This document shows, piece after piece, positions 1-8,157 of a stretch of DNA of 64,000 nucleotides. The position numbers were made by a program, and so were the translations under genes. The DNA lies in the NCBI GenBank assembly GCA_046327735.1, contig JAXLXZ010000007.1, forward strand, positions 16,525 through 80,524, written 5' to 3'. Within the stretch, counting starts at the first letter, position 1; each line of letters begins with the position of its first letter. The notes below the pieces were generated by a model. It did no database searches. It saw only the letters and a list, made by a program, of their open reading frames with translations, and was not told where the DNA came from. The stretch comes from Gemmatimonadales bacterium. Its GTDB lineage: Bacteria; Gemmatimonadota; Gemmatimonadetes; Gemmatimonadales; GWC2-71-9.

Positions 1-61
1 CGATGCGGAACTTCCCGCCCGGGCTGTAGCCCAGATCCTTCGTCTCTGCCGCGTTGCTCAT
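1..61 (-). CDS. 5' end of unidentified gene (partial, continues beyond window)
   Basis: ATG at 59-61 overlaps the stop of the upstream GntR gene (ATGA). Reads MSNAAETKDLGYSPGGKFRI. Only 20 codons are visible. Confidence 0.35.
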   Translation of the reverse strand, partial: MSNAAETKDLGYSPGGKFRI

Positions 62-438
62 CGCGACTCCCCGTCGAGAAGTTTGCCGAGCGCCGCGCGA
101 AGCTCGTCCGGCGAAATGCGGAGCCGCCCCGCTTCCTCCAGCATCCGTTTCACCAGTGCCTGCGCCTGCTGGCTGCGCTCGTCCCCCCGCCGCCGCTCCG
201 GCACCTGCCGCACGAAGGTGCCGGCCCCCTGCTTCATCTCCACGAACCCCTCGGTCTCGAGCTCGCGGTACGCCTGCACCACCGTGGCGGGGTTGATCCG
301 GAGCTGGCTCGCCAGCTGGCGGACCGAGGGGAGCCCTGCACCCGGTGCGAGATCCCCCGCCGCGATGGCCACCTTGATGCGGGTGGCGATCTGGGCGTAG
401 AGCGGGGTGGTGCTCCGGGCGTCGATCTGGCTGAACAG
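58..438 (-). CDS. GntR/YtrA-family winged-helix transcriptional regulator
   Basis: ORF track 58..372. LPSVRQLASQLRINPATVVQAYRELETEGFV is a GntR HTH. The in-frame extension upstream of the GTG at 372 encodes TPLYAQIATRIKV (family helix 1), so the start is probably a CTG at 436-438 or 451-453. Confidence 0.8.
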   Translation of the reverse strand: MFSQIDARSTTPLYAQIATRIKVAIAAGDLAPGAGLPSVRQLASQLRINPATVVQAYRELETEGFVEMKQGAGTFVRQVPERRRGDERSQQAQALVKRMLEEAGRLRISPDELRAALGKLLDGESR

Positions 439-450
439 GTGTGCTGGGCT

Positions 451-480
451 CAGTGTATTAGTGTTGTGATACAGTGATAC
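451..480. promoter_or_regulatory. AT-rich patch with GTGATAC / AGTGT direct repeats; candidate GntR promoter or operator
   Basis: cagtgtattagtgttgtgatacagtgatac is the only AT-rich stretch in the gap and lies at the 5' end of the GntR gene. Confidence 0.3.
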
Positions 481-544
481 GGCGGGCGGGATTTGTCAAG
501 AAGGGCGGGTAGGCGGGCCGACGCTAGGAGGGTCGGGCAAGAAA

Positions 545-707
545 AGGCGTTCGGGCACGCAGCAGGCGGTGGGGGAAGGAAAAGGCGAGGGTGCGGGGTT
601 GGGTGTGCCGCTCAGCGATCTTGCCGATCCCTTGCGGCCACCCACAACCCCGCACCCTTCGCCTTTTCCGACCCCATCAACGACCGATTGCGAAGCGCCC
701 GAACGCC
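545..707. repeat. Nested long hairpin element downstream of the CBS gene
   Basis: Outer stem GGCGTTCGGGC (546-556) pairs with GCCCGAACGCC (697-707). The inner imperfect arms are ~34 nt (578-611 / 634-669). Confidence 0.7.
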
Positions 708-1108
708 TAGACCCGCTGCCCGGCCATGGCCCGCACCAGGTCCGTGGTGGACACGACCCCCACCAGGCGACCATTGTCTTCCACGAACAGCCGGTGCACT
801 TCCAGGTAGAGCATCCGCTGCGCCGCATCCTTCACGCTGGCATCGGAGGTGATCGTCTGCGGGCGCGCGGTCATGACCTCCTGGACCGTGGTCTGGTCGA
901 AGAGCCGCTCCCGCTCCTCCGGGTCCGGCTTGTCGGCCAGCGCCTCGAGGATGTCGGAGTTGGACAGCACGCCGACCAGCCGCCCCCGCTCGGCGATGAC
1001 GGGCACACCGGAGACGTGCGATTCGGCCAGCAGCGCAACCGCCTCACTGATGGTGTCAGTGCCGCGAACCGTCATGAGGTTGGTTTGCATGATGTCGGCG
1101 ACGCGCAT
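707..1108 (-). CDS. CBS domain pair protein
   Basis: ORF 707..1186; likely start is MRVADIM at 1108. Two CBS-like repeats (VSGVPVI..., HRLFVEDNGRLVGVVSTTDL). Confidence 0.85.
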   Translation of the reverse strand: MRVADIMQTNLMTVRGTDTISEAVALLAESHVSGVPVIAERGRLVGVLSNSDILEALADKPDPEERERLFDQTTVQEVMTARPQTITSDASVKDAAQRMLYLEVHRLFVEDNGRLVGVVSTTDLVRAMAGQRV

Positions 1109-1249
1109 GGGGGACCTCCCTGGCAGGGTCTGCTCTATACAATGCTCGGTGGACTGAACGAACCATGAAGAGCCGATGAGAGCCATTCCCTGTCCCGTTT
1201 CCCCGGATCCCCCGGTTCAAACCCCCGGGGCGCCGGCGGCATCCCACCC

Positions 1250-1786
1250 GTGACTGAAGCCACCCCGGGTGTCGTGAACGAAACGGTCCGCCGAGCCCAG
1301 CAGGGCGACCCCGCTGCCTTCCGCACGCTCTACCAGGAGCATGCCGGACGGGTCTACGCCCTCTGCCTCCGGCTCGCGGCCGACCCGGCGGAGGCGGAGG
1401 AGCACGCCCAGGATGTCTTCGTGCGGATGTGGGAGCGGCTCGGCTCCTTCCGGGGGGAGAGCGCCTTCTCGACCTGGCTCCACCGGCTCACGGTGAATGT
1501 CGTGCTCCACGCGCGGCGCACCGCCGGCCGCCGTTCGAACCGGGTCACCCTCGCCGACGACCCGGCTACCCTCGACGCGGTGGCCGCCCCCGCCGGCCCC
1601 CCGGCCGAGGATCTGGGCCAGGCCATCGCCCGGCTGCCGGAAGGGGCCCGGATGGTGTTCGTGCTCCACGATGTCGAGGGCTACCAGCACGACGAGATCG
1701 CCGCGCTGCTCGAGATTGCCGAAGGGACCAGCAAGGCGCAGCTCTTCCGCGCGCGCCGGCTGCTCCGGGAGATACTGAACCGATGA
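1250..1786 (+). CDS. ECF-type RNA polymerase sigma-70 factor
   Basis: Region 2 (FRTLYQEHAGRVYALCLRL) and region 4 (MVFVLHDVEGYQHDEIAALLEIAEGTSKAQLFRAR) motifs. Confidence 0.9.
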   Translation: MTEATPGVVNETVRRAQQGDPAAFRTLYQEHAGRVYALCLRLAADPAEAEEHAQDVFVRMWERLGSFRGESAFSTWLHRLTVNVVLHARRTAGRRSNRVTLADDPATLDAVAAPAGPPAEDLGQAIARLPEGARMVFVLHDVEGYQHDEIAALLEIAEGTSKAQLFRARRLLREILNR

Positions 1787-2406
1787 CCTGCGATACGATT
1801 CGCCCCCGGCTCGACGACTACCTCGACCGCACGCTGCCGCCCGATGCGGCGCGCGAGGTCGAGGCCCACCTCGCCACCTGCGCCTCCTGTCGGCAGGAGG
1901 TCGAGGCGCTCCGGGCCATTCTCGCGGAGGCCCAGGCCCTGCCCCGCTCGGTCGAGCCCCCCGCCGGCCTCTGGCGCGGCATCGAGGGGCGGCTCCCCGT
2001 TCAGGCGCTTCCTTTCGAACGCCCGCCCCGCCCGTTCACCCAGCGGCCGCTGGTGCTGCTCGCCGCCGCGCTCTTCCTGCTGATCGCGGGCGCCACCCTC
2101 GCGACCCTCTACCAGCGGCGCAGCGTGCCATCAGCGTCGGCCTTTGCCGCCGAGCAGGAGCGCTACGCCCGCGCCACCGCCCAGCTCGCCGGCCAGCTCG
2201 CCGCCGACTCCAGCGCCCTCGCCGGCCAGACCCGCGCGGTGGTCGCGCGCAACCTCGCGATCGTCGACCAGGCCATCCAGGAGGCGGAGCGCGCCCTCGC
2301 CACCGACCCCGGCAACACCGAGCTCGAGCAGATGGTGCTGGCGCGCTACGCCCAGCGGCTGGCGCTGCTCAAGCACGCGACCGAGTTCGGAAGGAGGGTG
2401 AGTTGA
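1783..2406 (+). CDS. Membrane anti-sigma factor (zf-HC2 / ZAS type)
   Basis: ATGA overlap with the sigma stop. Has HLATCASC (H-x3-C-x2-C) and one TM segment (LVLLAAALFLLIAGATLATLY). Confidence 0.8.
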   Translation: MTCDTIRPRLDDYLDRTLPPDAAREVEAHLATCASCRQEVEALRAILAEAQALPRSVEPPAGLWRGIEGRLPVQALPFERPPRPFTQRPLVLLAAALFLLIAGATLATLYQRRSVPSASAFAAEQERYARATAQLAGQLAADSSALAGQTRAVVARNLAIVDQAIQEAERALATDPGNTELEQMVLARYAQRLALLKHATEFGRRVS

Positions 2407-3398
2407 TGGGCGGGCAGGCGGCGACCGAGCGCCTTCAGGAGCGCGAAGCGCGACTCGGCGCGAGGGAGTCCCTCGGGGGAGGGCGGGCAGGCGGGCAGTG
2501 GTTCCGTGCCTGCGCCGCGTTCCTCCTCACAAGCACACTGCTGATGGCGAGTACCCTCGCGGCACAGGAGGTGGTGAACGCCGGCCGCGCCGTGGCGCGC
2601 GATGCCGTGGTCCGCGTGATCGTCTACACCGGCTCCCTCCGGGTCTCGGCCTGGACCCGCGACAGCGTCGCGGTGAAGGGCCGGGTGGATCCCTCCGCCG
2701 GCAAGTTCTTCATCGGCGGCACCACCGCCGCCCTCAAGCTGGGCGTCGAACCACCCGCCGGCCGCGCCGCCGAGGGCGAATCGGACCTCGATCTCCGGGT
2801 CCCCGCCGGGGCGAGGGTCTGGGTCAAGTCGCTCGCCGCCGATGTCGAGGTCAGCGCGGCCGGCGGCACGGTGCAGGTCGACGGGACCAGCGGGCGGGTG
2901 CGGGTCGATGGCACCCCCGCCGAGACCGCGGTCGAGACGCTGGACGGGAACGTGGAGCTGGTGATCCACGGCGCCACGGCGCGAGCCCGCACCGCCAGCG
3001 GCACCATCGTGGTGCGCGGCGTGCTCCAGGACCTCGACGCCTCCAGCGTGAGTGGCCCACTGCTGATCGGCATGGAAGGCGACGCCGGGCGCATCCGGCT
3101 GGAGACCGTGAGCAGCGAAATCGCGTTCAAGGGGGGGCTCATTCCCGATGGACGGATCCAGGCCGAAACCCATGCCGGGGACATCGAATTGCGCCTTCCA
3201 CCGGCGCTTGGGGTGTCCTATCACCTGGTCAGCTATGGCGGCGGACTGCACAATGAACTGGTGCCCGCCGGCGCGGTGAAACAGGGACCGGGCAAGGGGG
3301 AGTATCGCGTCACTACCGGCGATGGTCGTGCCACCGTCGATGTGCGCACCTTCAAGGGAACCGTCAGCATCAAGGCGCGGGGACCGGAGCGCTTCTGA
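2403..3398 (+). CDS. DUF4097-like beta-helical putative adhesin
   Basis: Overlaps the anti-sigma stop (TGATG). Signal-like N-terminus. Repetitive G-x-V-x-V / DGxVxL beta-strand pattern typical of DUF4097 proteins found next to ECF modules. Confidence 0.7.
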   Translation: MMGGQAATERLQEREARLGARESLGGGRAGGQWFRACAAFLLTSTLLMASTLAAQEVVNAGRAVARDAVVRVIVYTGSLRVSAWTRDSVAVKGRVDPSAGKFFIGGTTAALKLGVEPPAGRAAEGESDLDLRVPAGARVWVKSLAADVEVSAAGGTVQVDGTSGRVRVDGTPAETAVETLDGNVELVIHGATARARTASGTIVVRGVLQDLDASSVSGPLLIGMEGDAGRIRLETVSSEIAFKGGLIPDGRIQAETHAGDIELRLPPALGVSYHLVSYGGGLHNELVPAGAVKQGPGKGEYRVTTGDGRATVDVRTFKGTVSIKARGPERF

Positions 3399-3443
3399 CC
3401 ACTGGCGCTCCCTAGGCGGGTGTCCGAATAAGCGTATATTGCC

Positions 3444-6400
3444 TTGAACGCCCTTCCCCCGAGGGCGGCAAGGCAGGCCTGGATGGCGCTGACGACTCAC
3501 CGCTCGTCCAATCAACGCACCCGCCTCCTCGTTGTCGGGCCCGGTCACCTCGTCGAGGCCTGGGTTGCTCCCCTCGGTGACCTCGTCGAGGTCACGACCG
3601 CCGCGGATGCCGCGACGGCCCGCGGCCACCTGCATGGGCGGCCCCCCGATGCCATCGTGCTCCTCGCCGAGCACAACGGACCCGAACTGCTGGCGGGCGT
3701 GCAGCTCCTCGCCAGTACCGGGAAATCTCCGCTCCTGCTGGTCGTACCCGGGCTGCATGCCGGCGAGGAACTGGTCGCCCTCCGCCTCGGCGCCGCCGAG
3801 TGCTTCACCGCCCCCTCCCCCACTCCCGACGAGCTCCGCGCCGCGATCGCCCGCGCCGTCGCGCGGGGGGAGCATCTCGCCCAGTGGGCCTCGCGCGCCG
3901 CGCTCTTCGAGGCGCTGATCGAGCGGGACGCCGACGGGCTCGTCGCCCTGGACCACTCCCTGCTCATCACCTACGCCAGTGCCGGCGTCGAGCGCCTGCT
4001 CGGCTACATCCCCGAGGAAGTGATCGGCCGGTCGGTGCTGGAGTTCATTCCCCCGGGGAGCAGCGACGACGCCCTCCGCTACATCAGCCTCGCGCTGCAG
4101 GAGCCGGGCGAGCACATCGCGGGACACGTGCCGGTGATTCACGCCGACGGCACCGTCCGGCAGATGGAAGGGAGCATCGTCAACCTGCTGCACACCCCGC
4201 CGGTCGACGCCTTCATCCTGGGCTTCCGCGATGCGACCGACCGGCACGAGTACGAGCAGGACCTCGCCGACCGGGAGCGCCGCTTCCGGGAGCTGGCGGA
4301 AGCCGCGCCGGTCATGATCTGGATCGAGGACGCGGAGCGGCGGCTCATCTGGGAAAACCGCACCACCCTCGAGTTCACCGGGAGAAGCTGGGAGCAGGAG
4401 GCGGGCTACGGCTGGATGGAGGCGGTGCACCCCGACGACCGCGAGATGGTCCACCGGGAGTACGAGCAGACCACCGCCATGCAGCGCGGCTTCACCCTGG
4501 AGCTCCGCCTCCGCCGGCACGACGGGGTCTACCGCTTCATCCGCCAGGTCGCGATTCCCCGCTGGCACGACGACGGCAGCCTCGAGGGGTTCATCGGGGT
4601 CGATGTCGATGTCACCGAGCTGCGCGAGCGGAGCGCGATCCTCGAGCAGGCCGAGGCGCGCTATCGCAAGCTGGCCGACAGCGTCCCGGCGATCGTCTGG
4701 ATGGACGACGTCCAGCACAACCTGACCTACCAGAACGCCAACGCCGACGCCTACAGCGGCCGCACCCTCGCCGACGAGGTCGGGCTCAACTGGACCGACG
4801 GGCTCCACCCCGAGGACCGCGAGCGGGTGCTGGCCGCCTACCGCGCCTCGAGCGCGCACCCGGTGCCCTACCAGGTGATCTACCGGCTCCGGCGGCACGA
4901 TGGCGTGTTCCGCTGGTTCATCGAGATCGGCGTGCCGCGGTATGCCGACGACGGCGAGTTCGTCGGCTTCACCGGCATCGACGTCGACATCGACGACCTG
5001 ATGCAGGCGAGCACCCGGCTGGAACAGGCGGAGGCGCGCTACCGGCACTTCATCGAGCAGAGCTCGGAGGGGATCTGGCGCATCGAGATGGAGCAGCCGG
5101 TGCCGGTCGACCTCCCCGAGGACGAGCAGATCCGCCGCTGGTACGCGGGCGGCTACTTCGCCGAGTGCAACCGCGCCATGGCGCGGATGTACGGCTTCGA
5201 GGAGCCGGAGGAGATGCTGGGCGCCCGGATGAGCGACGTGCTCCCCGCCGACGACCCGGTGAACCTCGAGATGCTCCGGAGCTTCATCCGCTCGGGCTAC
5301 CGGCTGGTGGGGCTGGAGAGCCACGAGCAGGACCGCCACGGCCGCCGCAAGTACTTCGTCAACAGCATCGTGGGGGTGATCGAGGACGGCTGCCTGGTGC
5401 GGAGCTGGGGCACCCAGCAGGACATCACCGACCGGCGCATCCTCGAGGAGGAAGCCCGCCAGTCCCGGAAGATGGAGGCGGCAGGGCGGCTGGCCGGCGG
5501 GATCGCGCACGACTTCAACAACCTGCTCACCGCCATCCTCGGCACCACCGAGCTGCTCCTCGGCTCGCTCGGCGAGGGCGACCCGGCCCGGGATGACGTG
5601 GAGGAGATCAAGCGGGCCGCCACCCGCGCCGCCAACCTCACCCGCCAGCTCCTCGCCTTCAGCCGCCGCCAGGTGATGCAGCCGCGGATCCTCGAGCTCG
5701 ACACCCTGGTGCACGGCGTGGAGACCCTGCTCCGCCGCCTGATCGGCGAGCACATCACCCTCACCGTCACGAGCGCCGAGGGGCTCTGGCTGGTGCGGGC
5801 CGACCCGGGCCAGATCGAGCAGGTGATCGTGAACCTCTCGGTCAACGCCCGCGACGCGATGCCGACCGGCGGCGCCCTCCGGATCGAGACCGGCAACCTC
5901 GCCTTCCCCGGCGCGGCCCATGGCCCGGAGAGCATCATGCCGCCGGGCGAATACGTCCTCCTCACCGTGGCCGACACCGGGACCGGGATGGACGATGACA
6001 CGATGCACCACATCTTCGAGCCCTTCTTCACCACCAAGGCGCCGGGGCGCGGCACCGGCCTCGGCCTCGCCACGGTGTACGGGATCGTGAAGCAGAGCGG
6101 CGGGTTCATCTACGCCGACAGCGCGCCGGGCCACGGAAGCCGTTTCCGCATCTACCTCCCCCGGGCGCACGGCGAGGTGGAGCGGCCCGAGCCGGCCCAC
6201 GCGGTGCCCGCCGAGGCGGGCGCCCATGGGACCATTCTGCTGGTGGAGGATGAAGAAGCGGTGCGCCGGCTGGCGCGCCGGGTGCTCGAAGGGCTGGGCT
6301 ACCGGGTCATGGAAGCGGCGAGCGGCACCGACGCGCTGGCGATGATGGAGACCTGGGAGGGGCCGCTCGACCTGATGGTCACCGACGTCATCATGCCGGG

Positions 6401-6590
6401 CATGAGCGGGCAGCAGCTCTCCGCCCGCCTCCGGATGAAGCTACCGGACCTGCCGATTCTCTACGTCTCGGGCTACACCGACGACGCGATCCTCCAGCAC
6501 GGCCGCTTCCTGCCGAACACGGCCTTCCTGCAGAAGCCCTTCTCTCCCCGCCTGCTGGCGGAACGGGTACGTGAGGTGCTGGGACACTGA
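3444..6590 (+). CDS. Hybrid sensor histidine kinase (pseudo-receiver, multiple PAS, HisKA, HATPase, receiver)
   Basis: Repeated PAS-like blocks (RRHDGVYRFIRQVAIPRW / RRHDGVFRWFIEIGVPRY). H-box AHDFNNLLTAI. ATP-binding GTGMD...GTGLGLA. C-terminal receiver LDLMVTDVIMPGMSG. Confidence 0.9.
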   Translation: MNALPPRAARQAWMALTTHRSSNQRTRLLVVGPGHLVEAWVAPLGDLVEVTTAADAATARGHLHGRPPDAIVLLAEHNGPELLAGVQLLASTGKSPLLLVVPGLHAGEELVALRLGAAECFTAPSPTPDELRAAIARAVARGEHLAQWASRAALFEALIERDADGLVALDHSLLITYASAGVERLLGYIPEEVIGRSVLEFIPPGSSDDALRYISLALQEPGEHIAGHVPVIHADGTVRQMEGSIVNLLHTPPVDAFILGFRDATDRHEYEQDLADRERRFRELAEAAPVMIWIEDAERRLIWENRTTLEFTGRSWEQEAGYGWMEAVHPDDREMVHREYEQTTAMQRGFTLELRLRRHDGVYRFIRQVAIPRWHDDGSLEGFIGVDVDVTELRERSAILEQAEARYRKLADSVPAIVWMDDVQHNLTYQNANADAYSGRTLADEVGLNWTDGLHPEDRERVLAAYRASSAHPVPYQVIYRLRRHDGVFRWFIEIGVPRYADDGEFVGFTGIDVDIDDLMQASTRLEQAEARYRHFIEQSSEGIWRIEMEQPVPVDLPEDEQIRRWYAGGYFAECNRAMARMYGFEEPEEMLGARMSDVLPADDPVNLEMLRSFIRSGYRLVGLESHEQDRHGRRKYFVNSIVGVIEDGCLVRSWGTQQDITDRRILEEEARQSRKMEAAGRLAGGIAHDFNNLLTAILGTTELLLGSLGEGDPARDDVEEIKRAATRAANLTRQLLAFSRRQVMQPRILELDTLVHGVETLLRRLIGEHITLTVTSAEGLWLVRADPGQIEQVIVNLSVNARDAMPTGGALRIETGNLAFPGAAHGPESIMPPGEYVLLTVADTGTGMDDDTMHHIFEPFFTTKAPGRGTGLGLATVYGIVKQSGGFIYADSAPGHGSRFRIYLPRAHGEVERPEPAHAVPAEAGAHGTILLVEDEEAVRRLARRVLEGLGYRVMEAASGTDALAMMETWEGPLDLMVTDVIMPGMSGQQLSARLRMKLPDLPILYVSGYTDDAILQHGRFLPNTAFLQKPFSPRLLAERVREVLGH

Positions 6591-6607
6591 GGTCGTGAAC
6601 GCAGCCG

Positions 6608-6788
6608 TGTCATCCCGGGGAGCGCAGGTTGTCATCCCAAGGAGCCCAGGTCGGTTGTCATCCCGAGGAGCGCAGGTCGGTTGTCATCCCGAGGAGCGCA
6701 GCGACGAGGGATCTAGCTCGCGGTACGGGAGGCACGCTTCAGGGCAACGTCCAGTAGATCCCTCGGGCCGCTGGCCCTCGGGATGACA
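6608..6788. repeat. REP-like hairpin element (family A) with 4 tandem left-arm copies
   Basis: TGTCATCCCGAGGAGCGCAGG(TCGGT) occurs four times (6608-6714). The right arm AGATCCCTCGGGCCGCTGGCCCTCGGGATGACA is at 6756-6788. Confidence 0.85.
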
Positions 6789-7303
6789 GGGAGAACCCTG
6801 AACGAAACAGAGGTCCGTGTCACCGCGGCATCGCTCGAGTCGGCATCCTCGTCCAGCCCGAAGTACCAGCTCACCTGCTCCAGCAGCTCGTCGTCGGTCG
6901 ACACGCCGGTCAGGATCGTCTCCGGGTATCCCGGCTCCACCAGCACATAGCCGAACGGGTAGTCGAGCCCCGAGAGCCGGATCACCCGCCGGGGACCGTT
7001 CTCCAGCTCCACCACGATCGAGTCGGCGGTGGTGGTCTCCAGCTTGATCCCCTGCTGGTCGAGCAGTGGCGAGACCACCCCGGTGTAAGCCCGGAAGTCA
7101 TCCAGCAGGTCCGCGCCCTCACCCTGCTTGAGGGTGTCGCTGGCCGGCAGCCAGAAAGCCACGACCGTCGCCTCCCGGATGACCGGCGCCTCCTGGATCG
7201 CCCGGGCCGCGGGCGCGGCCGGCTCTTCCCGCCGCTCCTGGCGGGGTGGCGCGGGACGGCACGCCACCGCGGCGACAACGATGAGGAGGTACCTGGAGCG
7301 CAC
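6713..7303 (-). CDS. Hypothetical lipoprotein
   Basis: Signal peptide plus Cys (MRSRYLLIVVAAVAC). No recognisable family. The last ~25 codons are read through the REP element. Confidence 0.6.
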   Translation of the reverse strand: MRSRYLLIVVAAVACRPAPPRQERREEPAAPAARAIQEAPVIREATVVAFWLPASDTLKQGEGADLLDDFRAYTGVVSPLLDQQGIKLETTTADSIVVELENGPRRVIRLSGLDYPFGYVLVEPGYPETILTGVSTDDELLEQVSWYFGLDEDADSSDAAVTRTSVSFRVLPVIPRASGPRDLLDVALKRASRTAS

Positions 7304-7402
7304 GTGGGCCTGGGGTCAGGGACGAAGCGGTAAAGAGTAACCAGCCACGCGAATCCGCCGCTGTGGGCTGAAACCCGAAGACCTTCCCTCCGTACTTTGG
7401 TC

Positions 7403-7422
7403 ATGCAAGTGCGTACTTGCAT
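7403..7422. promoter_or_regulatory. Perfect palindrome ATGCAAGT-N4-ACTTGCAT; candidate TetR operator
   Basis: 8-bp perfect arms about 80 nt upstream of the TetR start, in a lower-GC gap. Confidence 0.45.
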
Positions 7423-7500
7423 CAAAACCGGCTTCCCGTTATCCTAGCCGCCGCTTTATCGGACACCAGACGTCGTCTTTACCCAAGCCCTGTTTGCCCG

Positions 7501-8157
7501 ATGACCATCGATCCCCATCCCATCCCCACCGACCCGGCCCGCCCGGGCGCGGCCCACGATGGGACCACGGAGCGGATTCTCTCCGCGGCCGTGCAGGTCT
7601 ACGCCGAGGCCGGGTTCCGCGGCACGACGACGCGCCGCATCGCCCAGGAAGCGGGCGTGAACGAGATCACGCTCTTCCGCCAGTTCGGCACCAAGGAAGC
7701 CCTGGTCAAGGCCGCCCTTGCGCGGGGCTACCAGGAGGCGGTGCCGGTGGTGCTGAACGAGCCGGTCGACCCGCCCGCCGAGCTCTTTGCCTGGGCCTGG
7801 TCCACCTACAGCCACTGGTTCGAGGGACGGCACGTGATCTCGCGGGTGCTGGGCGACCTCGCGGAGCACCCCGAGCTCGCCCCCGACGTCTGCGAAGAAC
7901 CGGAGTGCAAGCACGGGATGGTGTCGGCCTACTTCGCGCGGATGAAGGCGCAGGGGCTCGCGCCCGCCGAATTTCTTCCCGACGCGGTCGCGGGGATGCT
8001 GATGGGCGCGATCTTCTCGCACGCGATCTGGCGGGAGCATTTCGCCACTCCCGACCTCCCGCCCGCCGAGATGGTGATCCGGCACTATGTCGACCTGGTG
8101 CTCGCCTCGGTCGGGTTCACTCCTCGGACCGCCGCGAAGGCGCAGAGGCACGCATGA
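7501..8157 (+). CDS. TetR/AcrR-family transcriptional regulator
   Basis: TetR HTH FRGTTTRRIAQEAGVNEITLFRQFGTKEAL. Start taken at MTIDPHP. Confidence 0.9.
   Translation: MTIDPHPIPTDPARPGAAHDGTTERILSAAVQVYAEAGFRGTTTRRIAQEAGVNEITLFRQFGTKEALVKAALARGYQEAVPVVLNEPVDPPAELFAWAWSTYSHWFEGRHVISRVLGDLAEHPELAPDVCEEPECKHGMVSAYFARMKAQGLAPAEFLPDAVAGMLMGAIFSHAIWREHFATPDLPPAEMVIRHYVDLVLASVGFTPRTAAKAQRHA

Noticed and set aside
2346-6227. Very long ORFs antisense to or out of frame with recognisable genes. Examples: 2346..6227 (-), 8085..9935 (-), 11287..14265 (-), 34282..36321 (+), 44168..46792 (-), 47047..50082 (+), 27636..29540 (-).
   Set aside because: Their translations are Arg/Gly/Pro/His-rich low-complexity strings with no family motifs. 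Each overlaps a gene with clear domain signatures. They are typical stop-codon-poor shadow frames of high-GC DNA.
6608-6714. CRISPR-like array of 26-nt repeats.
   Set aside because: The repeats are directly adjacent with no spacers. They are copies of one arm of the REP hairpin, and no cas genes are present.
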